Shown: positions 17,690-25,922, counted from the stretch's first letter. The stretch: 35,629 nt of DNA from an uncultured Gammaproteobacteria bacterium (GCA_964539005.1 CAZIGB010000002.1:3024-38652), one strand, 5' to 3'. Program-made: numbers and translations. The notes: a model not told the origin generated them from the letters alone.

Positions 17690-18097
17690 ATGTTCCGAAA
17701 ATATTTTTTTCATTTATCAGTCTTGGTTCTTGTTTTGGGCTTTTTTTCTTTCTTTTTTTTGACTAGCGCTAGCGCGCAAAATCTGACCGACTGGAAGGGG
17801 GTCCTGGATGATGGGGCCGGTGCAGGCGGAGCAGGCTACAAGACAGAGCTGACTTCACCCGAGCCGGTAATCGGTGTTGTTATCAAGACTTTATTGTCTC
17901 TACTTGGCGTCCTCTTTTTGATCCTGATGATTTATGGCGGTTTTACTTGGATGACGGCCATGGGCGGGAATGAGAAGGTTGAAAAGGCCAAGAATACGAT
18001 TACGGCGGCTGTTATCGGTCTGATCTTGGTTCTGGTTTCTTATGCGGTCAGTTATTTTGTAATAAAAGCCTTGACGGGTGCCACTCTGTCTTTCTAA
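17690..18097 (+). CDS. TrbC/VirB2-like small pilin paralog P5
   Basis: I chose the ATG at 17690 (MFRKYFFHLSVLVL..), which avoids overlap with P4. The signal peptide ends ..SASA/Q and the core is IYGGFTWMTAMGGNEKVEKAKNTITAAVIGLILVLVSYAV. Confidence 0.8.
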   Translation: MFRKYFFHLSVLVLVLGFFSFFFLTSASAQNLTDWKGVLDDGAGAGGAGYKTELTSPEPVIGVVIKTLLSLLGVLFLILMIYGGFTWMTAMGGNEKVEKAKNTITAAVIGLILVLVSYAVSYFVIKALTGATLSF

Positions 18098-18108
18098 AAA
18101 TAATCCTT

Positions 18109-18495
18109 ATGCAGAAAATTTTCCGCTCATTCCTCTCCGCTCTGATCCTGGCCTTTGTCCTGATGTTGCCGGCTCTAGCCCTGGCAAATCCGAGTCCGGA
18201 TGGACCGCTTGGTAAGCTGAATAAGACGGCCAAAGAAAGCGGCTTTAATGATAATGCGGCTAATATTTCTTTGCCCGCGGCAGTTGGCAAAGTGATTAGC
18301 ATGCTACTCGGTCTTTTAGGTGTCATCTTTCTCGGTCTGATAATCTATGCCGGTATAATGTGGATGATTGCCGCCGGTGACGAGAGCAAGGTTACCAAGT
18401 CCAAAGACACGATGAAGCGGGCAATTATCGGCTTGATCATAGTGGTCGGCGCTTATGCGATCAGCCAATTCGTCGTTTATACATTAGCCGGTTAA
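18109..18495 (+). CDS. TrbC/VirB2-like small pilin paralog P6
   Basis: 128 aa with a signal peptide (..ALALA/N) and the core IYAGIMWMIAAGDESKVTKSKDTMKRAIIGLIIVVGAYAI. Confidence 0.8.
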   Translation: MQKIFRSFLSALILAFVLMLPALALANPSPDGPLGKLNKTAKESGFNDNAANISLPAAVGKVISMLLGLLGVIFLGLIIYAGIMWMIAAGDESKVTKSKDTMKRAIIGLIIVVGAYAISQFVVYTLAG

Positions 18496-18499
18496 GCTT

Positions 18500-18922
18500 A
18501 TGAAGAAACTTAGCACTATAATCTATTCATATCTTTTTATATCTTTGTCTTTTGCTTTTGCGGGTATTGCCAGGGCTAATCTCCTCAATACCGAAGGGCA
18601 GACCGCGATTAAGGATAATATGAAAGGCGCGGGCGATAAAGGCGGCTACAACACAGCTGGCGGTGACGGCTCGTTTATCTTTTCTACGGTGGCGGGCAAG
18701 GTCGTGGCAGCGGTTCTCGGACTTTTGGGCATCATCTTCCTGATCATGATTATAATCGCTGGTTTCAATTGGATGACAGCGGCCGGTGATGCTGGCAAGG
18801 TCGATAAGGCCAAGGCTACCATTTTCCGCGGGGTAATCGGTCTGATCATCGTCGTTACGGCTTATATCATAACCGCTTTTGTCTTCAAAGCTTTGTCCGG
18901 ATTAGTCGGCTCACCTGGTTAA
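18500..18922 (+). CDS. TrbC/VirB2-like small pilin paralog P7
   Basis: 140 aa with a signal peptide (..GIARA/N), a Gly-rich variable segment and the core IIAGFNWMTAAGDAGKVDKAKATIFRGVIGLIIVVTAYII. Confidence 0.8.
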   Translation: MKKLSTIIYSYLFISLSFAFAGIARANLLNTEGQTAIKDNMKGAGDKGGYNTAGGDGSFIFSTVAGKVVAAVLGLLGIIFLIMIIIAGFNWMTAAGDAGKVDKAKATIFRGVIGLIIVVTAYIITAFVFKALSGLVGSPG

Positions 18923-18941
18923 GAATATTCTTTTTTTCAAT

Positions 18942-18975
18942 AAAAAGAAGCGGCTATCAGGATAGCCGCTTTTTG
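18942..18975. terminator. strong bidirectional terminator closing the pilin operon
   Basis: aaaaagaagcggctatc/gatagccgcttttt gives an 11-bp stem flanked by an A-run and a T-run. It lies between convergent genes. Confidence 0.8.
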
Positions 18976-18986
18976 CTTTTGTGAGA

Positions 18987-19427
18987 CTATTGACACTGAG
19001 AAACATCTATTGTCAGATAATCCCGTGTCTGAAGATGATTCCAGGAGTCGACATAGTAAAGATCGTCTCGAGGCGAGGGTGGGATGGCGATGACCTTGGT
19101 CCGGCTCGAAATGATGAGCCGGTCGTGGTAGTCGATTACCCGCGCTTTGTGGGGTACGTATTGGTTCCAGCCGATTTCATGAGTTCCCATCCGGAGCTGA
19201 GCTTTGTAGCATTGGCGTGGCGCCAGGGTGAGGCCAGCCAGGGCGCCGTCAAAGAATTCGACACCGCCGAAAGAATTGTTTACGACGTAGACGACTACAC
19301 CGCCGTGGTAATCTTCGGCAATGAATTGTACGGGGGCCTTTTCGTAGACTACGTGCCCGCAAGCACTCAAGGCCATTGCAACAAATACCAGAACGCTCGC
19401 GAATACGGACTTCTTTGCTTTTTTCAT
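18987..19427 (-). CDS. hypothetical lipoprotein
   Basis: I prefer the start at MKKAKKSVFASVLVFVAMALSAC because AAGGAGAGAAAA precedes it, and the lipobox L-S-A-C is canonical. The mirror ORF on the plus strand (18981-19466) has no such features. Confidence 0.65.
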   Translation of the reverse strand: MKKAKKSVFASVLVFVAMALSACGHVVYEKAPVQFIAEDYHGGVVVYVVNNSFGGVEFFDGALAGLTLAPRQCYKAQLRMGTHEIGWNQYVPHKARVIDYHDRLIISSRTKVIAIPPSPRDDLYYVDSWNHLQTRDYLTIDVSQCQ

Positions 19428-19601
19428 TTTTCTCTCCTTGGTGAATGGGTTGCGCAATTGCAATGATTAGGCTATACTTAGCTTGTGATATTTTCTAATA
19501 AACACCGAAACTAAGCACAAAAGCCTTATTTTAGAGAACGATGGATTATTATATCATTTTTTATATAATCTGTCAATATTATGATAAGCTTTTCCAAATA
19601 A

Positions 19602-21428
19602 ATGAAAAATCTATTCAAAAACTTTGCCATCCTCTTGATTGTCTTTTTGGCGGTCGCAATGATATTTTCCAGCCTAAATGGTGGCGGAAGCAATGTCGAG
19701 CGCATCGGGACAGAGAAATTTATTGCTCAGGTCAAGAATGAAGAAGTGAAATCCATCGTTGTCGAGGGGACAAAGATGACAGTGACCTTGAAAGATGACA
19801 AGCAGCAGATCGTCAAGAAAGAGAGTAGCGAATCTCTGTCCGAGGTCTTTAAGAATTATGGCGTGGAGCCGGATAAGGCGACCAAGATAAATATCGAAAT
19901 CAAAGAAAATGAAGGTAGTGCTTATTTCTTCGCCAATATCTTGCCTTTTCTTTTGCCTTTCCTCATAATCGGCGTCTTTATCTATTTTATGATGAAGAGT
20001 GTCCAGGGCGCGAATAGTCGGGCAATGATGTTTGGCCAATCCGGCGCAAAGGAATTCGATAAGGATAACAAGGACAAAGTAACTTTTAAGGACGTGGCCG
20101 GAGTCAAAGAAGCCAAAGAAGAATTGTCAGAAGTAGTCGAGTTTTTGCGTTTTCCCAAAAAGTTTCAAGATCTGGGAGCCCGGATCCCGCGCGGGGTCTT
20201 GCTCCTCGGTAGTCCCGGTACTGGCAAGACCTTGATGGCTAGGGCCGTGGCCGGTGAAGCCAATGTTCCTTTTTTCCATATTTCCGGTTCAGAATTTGTC
20301 GAGATGTTTGTCGGGGTTGGCGCTTCGCGGGTCCGTGATCTTTTTAAGAAAGCAAAAAAGAATGCCCCTTGTATCATCTTTATCGATGAGATCGATGCAG
20401 TCGGCCGTCGGCGCGGGGCCGGACTCGGTGGCTCGCATGATGAGCGGGAGCAGACCCTGAATCAGATCCTGGTCGAGATGGACGGCTTTGATCCTCACAC
20501 CAATGTAATCGTGATTGCCGCGACCAATCGACCAGATGTCCTCGACCCGGCCCTGCTTCGCCCTGGCCGTTTCGATCGCCAAGTGATAATGGAAAATCCG
20601 GATATTGCTGATCGGGAAGCGATTTTAAAGATCCATGCTCGCAAAAAACCGCTCGGAAGCGAGGTTAAAATTCGTCGTATTGCTGAGAGAACACCAGGAT
20701 TTAGCGGGGCCGATCTGGCGAATCTTTTGAATGAAGGAGCGATATTGGCAGCGCGCAAGAATAAGAAAACGATCGATGACGAAGAGATCTATGATGCGAT
20801 CGAGAAAGTGATGCTCGGACCAGAGCGCAAATCGCGCATTATCAATGACAAGGAAAAGAAGATTACGGCTTATCATGAAGCAGGCCACGCCCTAGTCGCC
20901 CACTTTTTGCCGAATACGGATCCAGTCCACAAGATCTCGATCATCGCCCGTGGCCAGGCTGGTGGCTATACTCTGAAACTACCACTGGAGGATAAGCACA
21001 TGCATACTAAGTCCGAGTATGTCGAAGAGCTTTCTGTCCTTTTGGCCGGCTTTATCACCGAGAAAGAAACATTCGGAGAAGTAACGACTGGAGCCACCTC
21101 TGATTTACGGCGCGCAACTGCGACCGCTCGTCGTTTGATTACTGATTTCGGCATGTCGGATGTCCTGGGGCCACGAACATATGGTCAGAAAGAAGAAATG
21201 ATTTTTCTCGGACGGGAGATTAGCGAGCAGAAAGATTATAGCGAAAAGGTAGCTGAACAGATCGATGAAGAAATTTCTCGTTTCATAAGCCAGGCTGCCG
21301 AAAAGGCCAAAGAAATAATCCGGACCAAAAAGACAGAGTTAGAAAAGATTGTTGAAACCTTGCTCAAGCAAGAAACGATTGAAAAAGATGATTTCGAAAA
21401 ATTGGTTGGCAAAAAAATAAATGCCTAA
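19602..21428 (+). CDS. ftsH: ATP-dependent zinc metalloprotease FtsH
   Basis: 608 aa with two N-terminal TMs, AAA+ Walker A GSPGTGKT, Walker [13 protein letters not shown] ([20 protein letters not shown]) and the zinc motif HEAGHA. Confidence 0.97.
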   Translation: MKNLFKNFAILLIVFLAVAMIFSSLNGGGSNVERIGTEKFIAQVKNEEVKSIVVEGTKMTVTLKDDKQQIVKKESSESLSEVFKNYGVEPDKATKINIEIKENEGSAYFFANILPFLLPFLIIGVFIYFMMKSVQGANSRAMMFGQSGAKEFDKDNKDKVTFKDVAGVKEAKEELSEVVEFLRFPKKFQDLGARIPRGVLLLGSPGTGKTLMARAVAGEANVPFFHISGSEFVEMFVGVGASRVRDLFKKAKKNAPCIIFIDEIDAVGRRRGAGLGGSHDEREQTLNQILVEMDGFDPHTNVIVIAATNRPDVLDPALLRPGRFDRQVIMENPDIADREAILKIHARKKPLGSEVKIRRIAERTPGFSGADLANLLNEGAILAARKNKKTIDDEEIYDAIEKVMLGPERKSRIINDKEKKITAYHEAGHALVAHFLPNTDPVHKISIIARGQAGGYTLKLPLEDKHMHTKSEYVEELSVLLAGFITEKETFGEVTTGATSDLRRATATARRLITDFGMSDVLGPRTYGQKEEMIFLGREISEQKDYSEKVAEQIDEEISRFISQAAEKAKEIIRTKKTELEKIVETLLKQETIEKDDFEKLVGKKINA

Positions 21429-21433
21429 AATAC

Positions 21434-21460
21434 AAAACCGCCCGATCGGGCGGTTTTTTT
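21434..21460 (+). terminator. rho-independent terminator after ftsH
   Basis: aaaaccgcccgatcgggcggttttttt. Confidence 0.85.
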
Positions 21461-21522
21461 GACATTTAATCTAGATTAAGCTATATTTGACTCTGATCTT
21501 TCAAAAATAAGGAGGTAGCGGC

Positions 21523-21822
21523 ATGAGAGAATATTTCCTTTTTCCATTTCCAAATAATTCATTCGGGCTAGAAAGAGGCACAGTTTTAGTTGCAAATGAA
21601 GAGATAATGAAATACGGTATCAATCAAGGGGAATTGCTTGCAATCGGCTTTGATGGCAGATGTGTTTGTAGTGGGAATATCCGCTGGACGATCAATGAGA
21701 TCGAGGCCGAAATCGATCTGGGACTGTGGGATATTTCCGAGCAAACGATGAACTTTGATGATGCAGAGTTGTTTCTTGATTTCTTGCTCATCGTTGAAAA
21801 TCGTTCATTCTGCACTCACTAA
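21523..21822 (+). CDS. hypothetical small protein
   Basis: 99 aa with a strong SD (AAGGAGG, 7 nt spacing) and its own terminator downstream. The segment ERGTVLVANEEIMKYGINQGELLAIGF vaguely resembles an AbrB/SpoVT-type swapped hairpin, with low certainty. Confidence 0.5.
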   Translation: MREYFLFPFPNNSFGLERGTVLVANEEIMKYGINQGELLAIGFDGRCVCSGNIRWTINEIEAEIDLGLWDISEQTMNFDDAELFLDFLLIVENRSFCTH

Positions 21823-21824
21823 GT

Positions 21825-21851
21825 AACCGGCTATTTTTAGCCGGTTTTTTT
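21825..21851. terminator. hairpin plus T-run shared by convergent genes
   Basis: aaccggctatttttagccggttttttt. It overlaps the last codons of trmD on the other strand. Confidence 0.6.
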
Positions 21852-22505
21852 GTTTTTTTCTTTCCAGGCTTCGATCTTGGCATGGTCGCCCGAGAGCAGG
21901 ACTTCTGGCACTTTAAGGACTTGGCCTTCGTCGTCCTGAAAGGTTTCCGGTCTCGTGTATTGGGGATATTCTAATACACCAGGCACTGAATGGGATTCAC
22001 TCTCCGGACTAGCGGGATTACCAAGGACGCCGGGAAGGAGACGGACGATAGAGTCGATCATGACCATGGCGCCGAGCTCCCCGCCTGTCAGGACATAGTC
22101 GCCGATTGAGATTTCTATATCGATATAATTTAGGAGGCGTTCATCTACTCCCTCGTAACGGCCGCAAATAAAGATTAGATTTTCGTAATCGCGCGCATAG
22201 TCCTGGGCTAAGCTTTGTTTCCAGCCTTTTCCGCGGGCAGAAAGGAGGATAGTTCTTGTTCTTTCTTGTCCTATCTTCTTTTTTATGTCCTTTAGAGCAC
22301 GATAAAGAGGCTCGATCTTCATGAGCATGCCAGCGCCGCCGCCAAAAGGTGTATCATCGACACTGCGATGCTTGTCTGTGGTCCAATCGCGCAGATCGTG
22401 GGTCTGGATTTTTATAAACTTATTTTCTTGGGCTCGTTTGATTATGCTTTCGTTGATGTAAGAGTCGAGTATATGAGGAAAGATGCTCAAGATGTGGATA
22501 TTCAT
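21837..22505 (-). CDS. trmD: tRNA (guanine37-N1)-methyltransferase TrmD
   Basis: I chose the start at MNIHILSIFPHIL, which is a canonical TrmD N-terminus. The longer track ORF starts inside the upstream hairpin T-run. Motifs present: DDTPFGGGAGM, ICGRYEGVDER, SIGDYVLTGGE. Confidence 0.92.
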   Translation of the reverse strand: MNIHILSIFPHILDSYINESIIKRAQENKFIKIQTHDLRDWTTDKHRSVDDTPFGGGAGMLMKIEPLYRALKDIKKKIGQERTRTILLSARGKGWKQSLAQDYARDYENLIFICGRYEGVDERLLNYIDIEISIGDYVLTGGELGAMVMIDSIVRLLPGVLGNPASPESESHSVPGVLEYPQYTRPETFQDDEGQVLKVPEVLLSGDHAKIEAWKEKNKKTG

Positions 22506-22520
22506 ATATTTATCTTTAAC

Positions 22521-22555
22521 AAAAAACCACAAAACAGTCAGGATTGTGGTTTTTT
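22521..22555 (-). terminator. terminator/attenuator-like hairpin between the KH gene and trmD
   Basis: aaaaccacaa/ttgtggtttt stem flanked by an A-run and a T-run, about 25 nt after the KH gene stop and just before the trmD ATG. Confidence 0.45.
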
Positions 22556-22577
22556 GGTATTTTATATCTAGTAGATA

Positions 22578-22913
22578 CTAGATCTTGAAATCGTCGATTG
22601 AAGAAGTATCAATGTCTGCGATTTCCGGTTCGCGTTCGCGACGTGGCGGTCTCTGGGACCCTTCCGGTTCGTTAATCTTCAGATTGACGCGGGCGTTGTT
22701 CTTGGCGCCGACGATCTTCAGAAGCGTGCGGATGGCTTGCGCGGTCTGGCCGCGGCGGCCGATCACATAGCCCATATCGGATGGATCGATGTTCAGTGTC
22801 AGGAGGACACCTCTTTCATCAACTGTCCTGTCGGTCGAGACCTTGTCCGGTGAAGCAACGATAGACTTGACTACAAATTCTAAGAATTCTTGGTCCTGGT
22901 AGTTTTCTGCCAT
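22578..22913 (-). CDS. KH-domain RNA-binding protein (YlqC/UPF0109-like) with a charged C-terminal tail
   Basis: 111 aa with the KH GxxG motif (VIGRRGQTAQAIRTLL). It occupies the conserved position between rpsP and trmD. Confidence 0.85.
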   Translation of the reverse strand: MAENYQDQEFLEFVVKSIVASPDKVSTDRTVDERGVLLTLNIDPSDMGYVIGRRGQTAQAIRTLLKIVGAKNNARVNLKINEPEGSQRPPRREREPEIADIDTSSIDDFKI

Positions 22914-23022
22914 ACTTTTGTCCTTTGGGATCAGTCAGGATAATTGTCTGCTCGTGATCCGAAAGATCAATTATTAATTAGTAATATAAATCATCATTTC
23001 GGTGATGACCCATCTATATGAT

Positions 23023-23051
23023 ATGATAGCAGTTTTGCCGTTTATTGTCAA
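23023..23051 (-). promoter_or_regulatory. candidate internal promoter TTGACA-17-TATCAT (TG-extended) for KH-trmD
   Basis: The minus strand reads tTTGACAataaacggcaaaacTGcTATCAT. It lies downstream of the rpsP stop and about 100 nt upstream of the KH gene. Confidence 0.5.
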
Positions 23052-23086
23052 AAACTTTGAGCGGCTCCGCTTTGTTAAAGAAATCG

Positions 23087-23374
23087 TTATTTTTTCTCTT
23101 CTTTAGCCTTGCCTGGCTTGGAAGCTTTAACCTTCTCGCCCTCGATAATCCCTTGACCGACCAAGAGGTTATTCACGGTTTCGGACATCTGAGCGCCATT
23201 GCTGAGATAGTGATCGATCCGGTCTTTCTTGGCGACCAGTTCTTTGCTGAAAGGATTGTAAGAGCCCAAGATTTCCAGAGCCGTGGCATAGGTGTCACGA
23301 GTTTTTTCTGAGATGATCAGGCGGTACATCGGCTTTTTCTTCTTGCCGAATCTTGATAGTCTGATGGTAAGCAT
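23087..23374 (-). CDS. rpsP: 30S ribosomal protein S16
   Basis: 95 aa. The N-terminus MLTIRLSRFGKKKKPMYRLI is a canonical S16 start. Confidence 0.95.
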   Translation of the reverse strand: MLTIRLSRFGKKKKPMYRLIISEKTRDTYATALEILGSYNPFSKELVAKKDRIDHYLSNGAQMSETVNNLLVGQGIIEGEKVKASKPGKAKEEKK

Positions 23375-23570
23375 TTTTCTCTTTTTTCGGGACTGGCTTG
23401 AGCATGAACGACGGTTCGACCAGTGCCTGATTTTTAATAAAATAAGGGGTTTAGAGCTAGTCTAAACCTGCTAATAGTCTAACAGAAGCCGCCCCTAAAG
23501 TCAAGAGCGACTGGCTGGGCGAGCTAGAAATTAAATTTTGGCGCTTATCCTTTTGGAACTGTTCGTTTTT

Positions 23571-23579
23571 TGCTATTAT
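23571..23579 (+). promoter_or_regulatory. extended -10 element TGCTATTAT upstream of the GGDEF-like gene
   Basis: TGn plus TATTAT, 60 nt upstream of the ATG at 23639. Confidence 0.35.
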
Positions 23580-23638
23580 ATTGGTAGGGATGCGGCAGAG
23601 ATGAGCGTCTTGATTATTGATTATATAAAAAGATATAA

Positions 23639-24787
23639 ATGTCTGGATTCAAAGAAAAAAATCTGGGTAAGGACTTGGATTACGGTGAATATGCTCGTTA
23701 TTTTAAGGATTTACCGCAAAGCTATGAAAGCCAAGGGGTGAACAATGATCTGGAAGCGATCAAAGGGGCGGAACAGCAGTTTGATCAGACTGTGGGAAAG
23801 CGCCTGCTTGCAGCCGGTGTCCATGAAGCCTTGATCGATGATTTGCGGGTAGAACATGTGCATAAGGAATTGCTCGAAGTTGATAATCGGAGACAGGGAG
23901 ATGATCTGGAAGCGATAAATGTTGTGAATTCGAAGCTCGATGAGCTGCGTTATGATAATGTAACTGAGCTTCTGACTCGAGGCGAGTTTTTCGTCCGTCT
24001 AAAGGCTCAAGCCAAAGTTGCCTTGGGATTCAAAGCGGAACAAGAACCCAGTGACGAGGAATGGCTGGAAGCGATTCGAGAGAGTGAACAGAGACTGAGC
24101 AAGCAAGACCTGAATGTCATGATGTCCGATGTCTCTTATCTCGGTTTGGCGAACAATTATATCGGGCATGCTAATGGGGACGCTTTGTTAAAAGGAATAG
24201 CGGAAAAGATCAAGGAAAAGTTCGGGATAGCTTTTCGCTACGGCGGTGATGAGCTTTGCGGGATATATGACGAGAATTTATCCCTATTGATCGATAAAAA
24301 AAAGCAGACAGAAAAAGAGATCAATGATATGAAAGATCTGGCTGGTCTGGGGGATTATGGCTTAGTGCCAAATATTGATGTTGGTTTTGCGAATATTTCC
24401 GAAGCTTTGAAGATTTATCGTGAACTAATGGCTGATGCTCAGCTTTCGGGTGAGATGAGTCACGATGTTCTTAGGAATTTCAATGATCTCTGGGTGTCGA
24501 TCGCAGACAAACGCTCTTTTGAGATAAAAGCGGTCAAGCGGATCGGGGTCCTGATCGAGAGAGAGAATCAAGGACAATCAATCGAAGGGGGTATGACAAA
24601 AGGGGCTTACGATATCAAGCCAGAAAAGCTGGAAGAATTTCGTCTTAAGCTAAACAGCGGGCAGGATATAGGATCGGATATAATGGATTTTATCCGTTCA
24701 GAAGAAGGCGCTCGGCTAGCTAAGGTCAGTGATCCGCGAAAAAGGATCATGGCTGAGGCAGTCTTGCGTTATCTCAAGCTGCTCTAG
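23639..24787 (+). CDS. GGDEF-family nucleotide cyclase-like protein (GGDEL variant), no TM or recognisable sensor domain
   Basis: 382 aa. GGDEF-domain landmarks appear in order: LLTRGEFFVRL (the LTGL.NRR.F equivalent), VMMSDVSYLGLANNYIGHANGDALL (the DiD.FK.iND.yGH..GD..L equivalent), FRYGGDELCGIY (the GGDEF position), and VGFANISE...IADKRSFEIK (the SiG...AD.AlY.AK equivalent). About 35 aa are inserted between the first two landmarks. Confidence 0.65.
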   Translation: MSGFKEKNLGKDLDYGEYARYFKDLPQSYESQGVNNDLEAIKGAEQQFDQTVGKRLLAAGVHEALIDDLRVEHVHKELLEVDNRRQGDDLEAINVVNSKLDELRYDNVTELLTRGEFFVRLKAQAKVALGFKAEQEPSDEEWLEAIRESEQRLSKQDLNVMMSDVSYLGLANNYIGHANGDALLKGIAEKIKEKFGIAFRYGGDELCGIYDENLSLLIDKKKQTEKEINDMKDLAGLGDYGLVPNIDVGFANISEALKIYRELMADAQLSGEMSHDVLRNFNDLWVSIADKRSFEIKAVKRIGVLIERENQGQSIEGGMTKGAYDIKPEKLEEFRLKLNSGQDIGSDIMDFIRSEEGARLAKVSDPRKRIMAEAVLRYLKLL

Positions 24788-25539
24788 CTTGGCCTGTTTT
24801 GCCGTCTTATCCGAGCGGCGCGCAAAAAAAGCCAGATGTCCAAAACTAATAAAGCGAATAAGGAATAGAGTGAAAAAATTTTAAGAAGTTCCCAGTCCGG
24901 GAATCTTTTTTTGATTATTTTTGCCTCTTTTACATAGATAGTTTCACAGGCGCCATTGCCCGAATCATCGCGACTCAGGCTCGTCCCGCGATAATTGCTT
25001 GAGTCGTTTTCTGCGTAGCGCGATAAGACACCGCGAATGTGGACCTGGTCACCGATCTGCATCTGACGGATGGTATCACGGACTTTTTCCTTGTCAGAAA
25101 ACAGGTGATTGTTTGAGAGCTGATTGCCATGAAAGGCGCCATTTAGCTGGCCAAACCAGCGATAATAACAAGTCCACTCGCCGCTCTTGAAGCTGACTTG
25201 CTGGTAGGCATCGCTTTTTAGATTGTCTCCCCAGATAACGCAGATGTCCTTCAGATTGACTGAGTCCTTGTCATGATACATGTTGTACCAGGCCTTGATA
25301 TCATTGACTGATACGACCAGTCCCCAGAGCTCGTAGTCGGCAATCGGCTGGACAGTGTAGGATTTTTTGCGGTAATCGAAGCGGAAGTCGGTGAGAGCAG
25401 TAGAACTAGCCTGGACCGGCGCTTGCAGTAGCCTTTTATCGATTTCTTGTTTGTCGGGTAATGATTTTTTCTGCCAGAAAGAAAGGAGTAAAAGGAGAAA
25501 AAATAAGAGGTAGGCAAATTTGACTAATTTTATTTTCAT
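24784..25539 (-). CDS. hypothetical bitopic/hairpin membrane protein (TM at both ends)
   Basis: 251 aa with an N-terminal TM (FAYLLFFLLLLLSFW), a ~190-aa Trp/Tyr-rich middle domain and a C-terminal TM (IFSLYSLFALLVLDIWLFL) followed by a basic tail. The stop overlaps the GGDEF-like gene stop by 4 nt (convergent). Confidence 0.6.
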   Translation of the reverse strand: MKIKLVKFAYLLFFLLLLLSFWQKKSLPDKQEIDKRLLQAPVQASSTALTDFRFDYRKKSYTVQPIADYELWGLVVSVNDIKAWYNMYHDKDSVNLKDICVIWGDNLKSDAYQQVSFKSGEWTCYYRWFGQLNGAFHGNQLSNNHLFSDKEKVRDTIRQMQIGDQVHIRGVLSRYAENDSSNYRGTSLSRDDSGNGACETIYVKEAKIIKKRFPDWELLKIFSLYSLFALLVLDIWLFLRAARIRRQNRPS

Positions 25540-25545
25540 GTCTAA

Positions 25546-25554
25546 AGTATAGCA
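25546..25554 (-). promoter_or_regulatory. extended -10 TGCTATACT placed 6 nt before the ATG (leaderless-type arrangement)
   Basis: The minus strand reads cTGcTATACTttagacATG, and there is no SD. Confidence 0.4.
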
Positions 25555-25606
25555 GAAAGGAAGATACTAAAAAAGAAAAAGATCAGACTAAAAAAGGAGG
25601 GAGCTA

Positions 25607-25801
25607 ATGGATTGCAAAGAGCAAGGCTGTGGGGGTCAGATAAATTATCGCGATTTCCAAAAAATCCAGTTCAGTAATTCATTCCAATGCGCTCATGCCT
25701 GTCAGAAATGTGGTCGCTTGTATGGTGGCCAAGGAGAACCCTTGTATGACAGCTATGGGCGTAAACTTTTTTGCTTTAATGGCAAGATTATTTCAAAATG
25801 A
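25607..25801 (+). CDS. small zinc-ribbon-like protein
   Basis: 64 aa with a strong SD (AAGGAGGGAG), Cys pairs CKEQGC and CQKC, and a terminator 20 nt downstream. Confidence 0.5.
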   Translation: MDCKEQGCGGQINYRDFQKIQFSNSFQCAHACQKCGRLYGGQGEPLYDSYGRKLFCFNGKIISK

Positions 25802-25820
25802 AAGCTCTTCATTTTCAACG

Positions 25821-25847
25821 CCATGGATCTTTGATCCATGGTTTTTT
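25821..25847 (+). terminator. rho-independent terminator
   Basis: ccatggatctttgatccatggtttttt. Confidence 0.8.
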
Positions 25848-25922
25848 ATTTCCCAATGATTTTTAGCCTAGACTGTGATTTTTTTTGGTTATTGACTTTT
25901 GCTTGATTATTTTCTCTAAAGA

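Noticed and set aside
15921-18922. Interpretation of the small proteins as type IV (PilA-like) pilins or competence pseudopilins.
   Set aside because: They lack the class III prepilin leader (G/FTLIE-type cleavage site with Glu+5). They have ordinary AxA Sec signal peptides and two TM helices, which fits the VirB2/TrbC topology.
18981-19466. Plus-strand 161-aa ORF almost exactly mirroring the minus-strand lipoprotein ORF.
   Set aside because: The minus-strand frame has an SD, a signal peptide and a canonical L-S-A-C lipobox. The plus-strand frame has none of these and would begin inside the bidirectional terminator.
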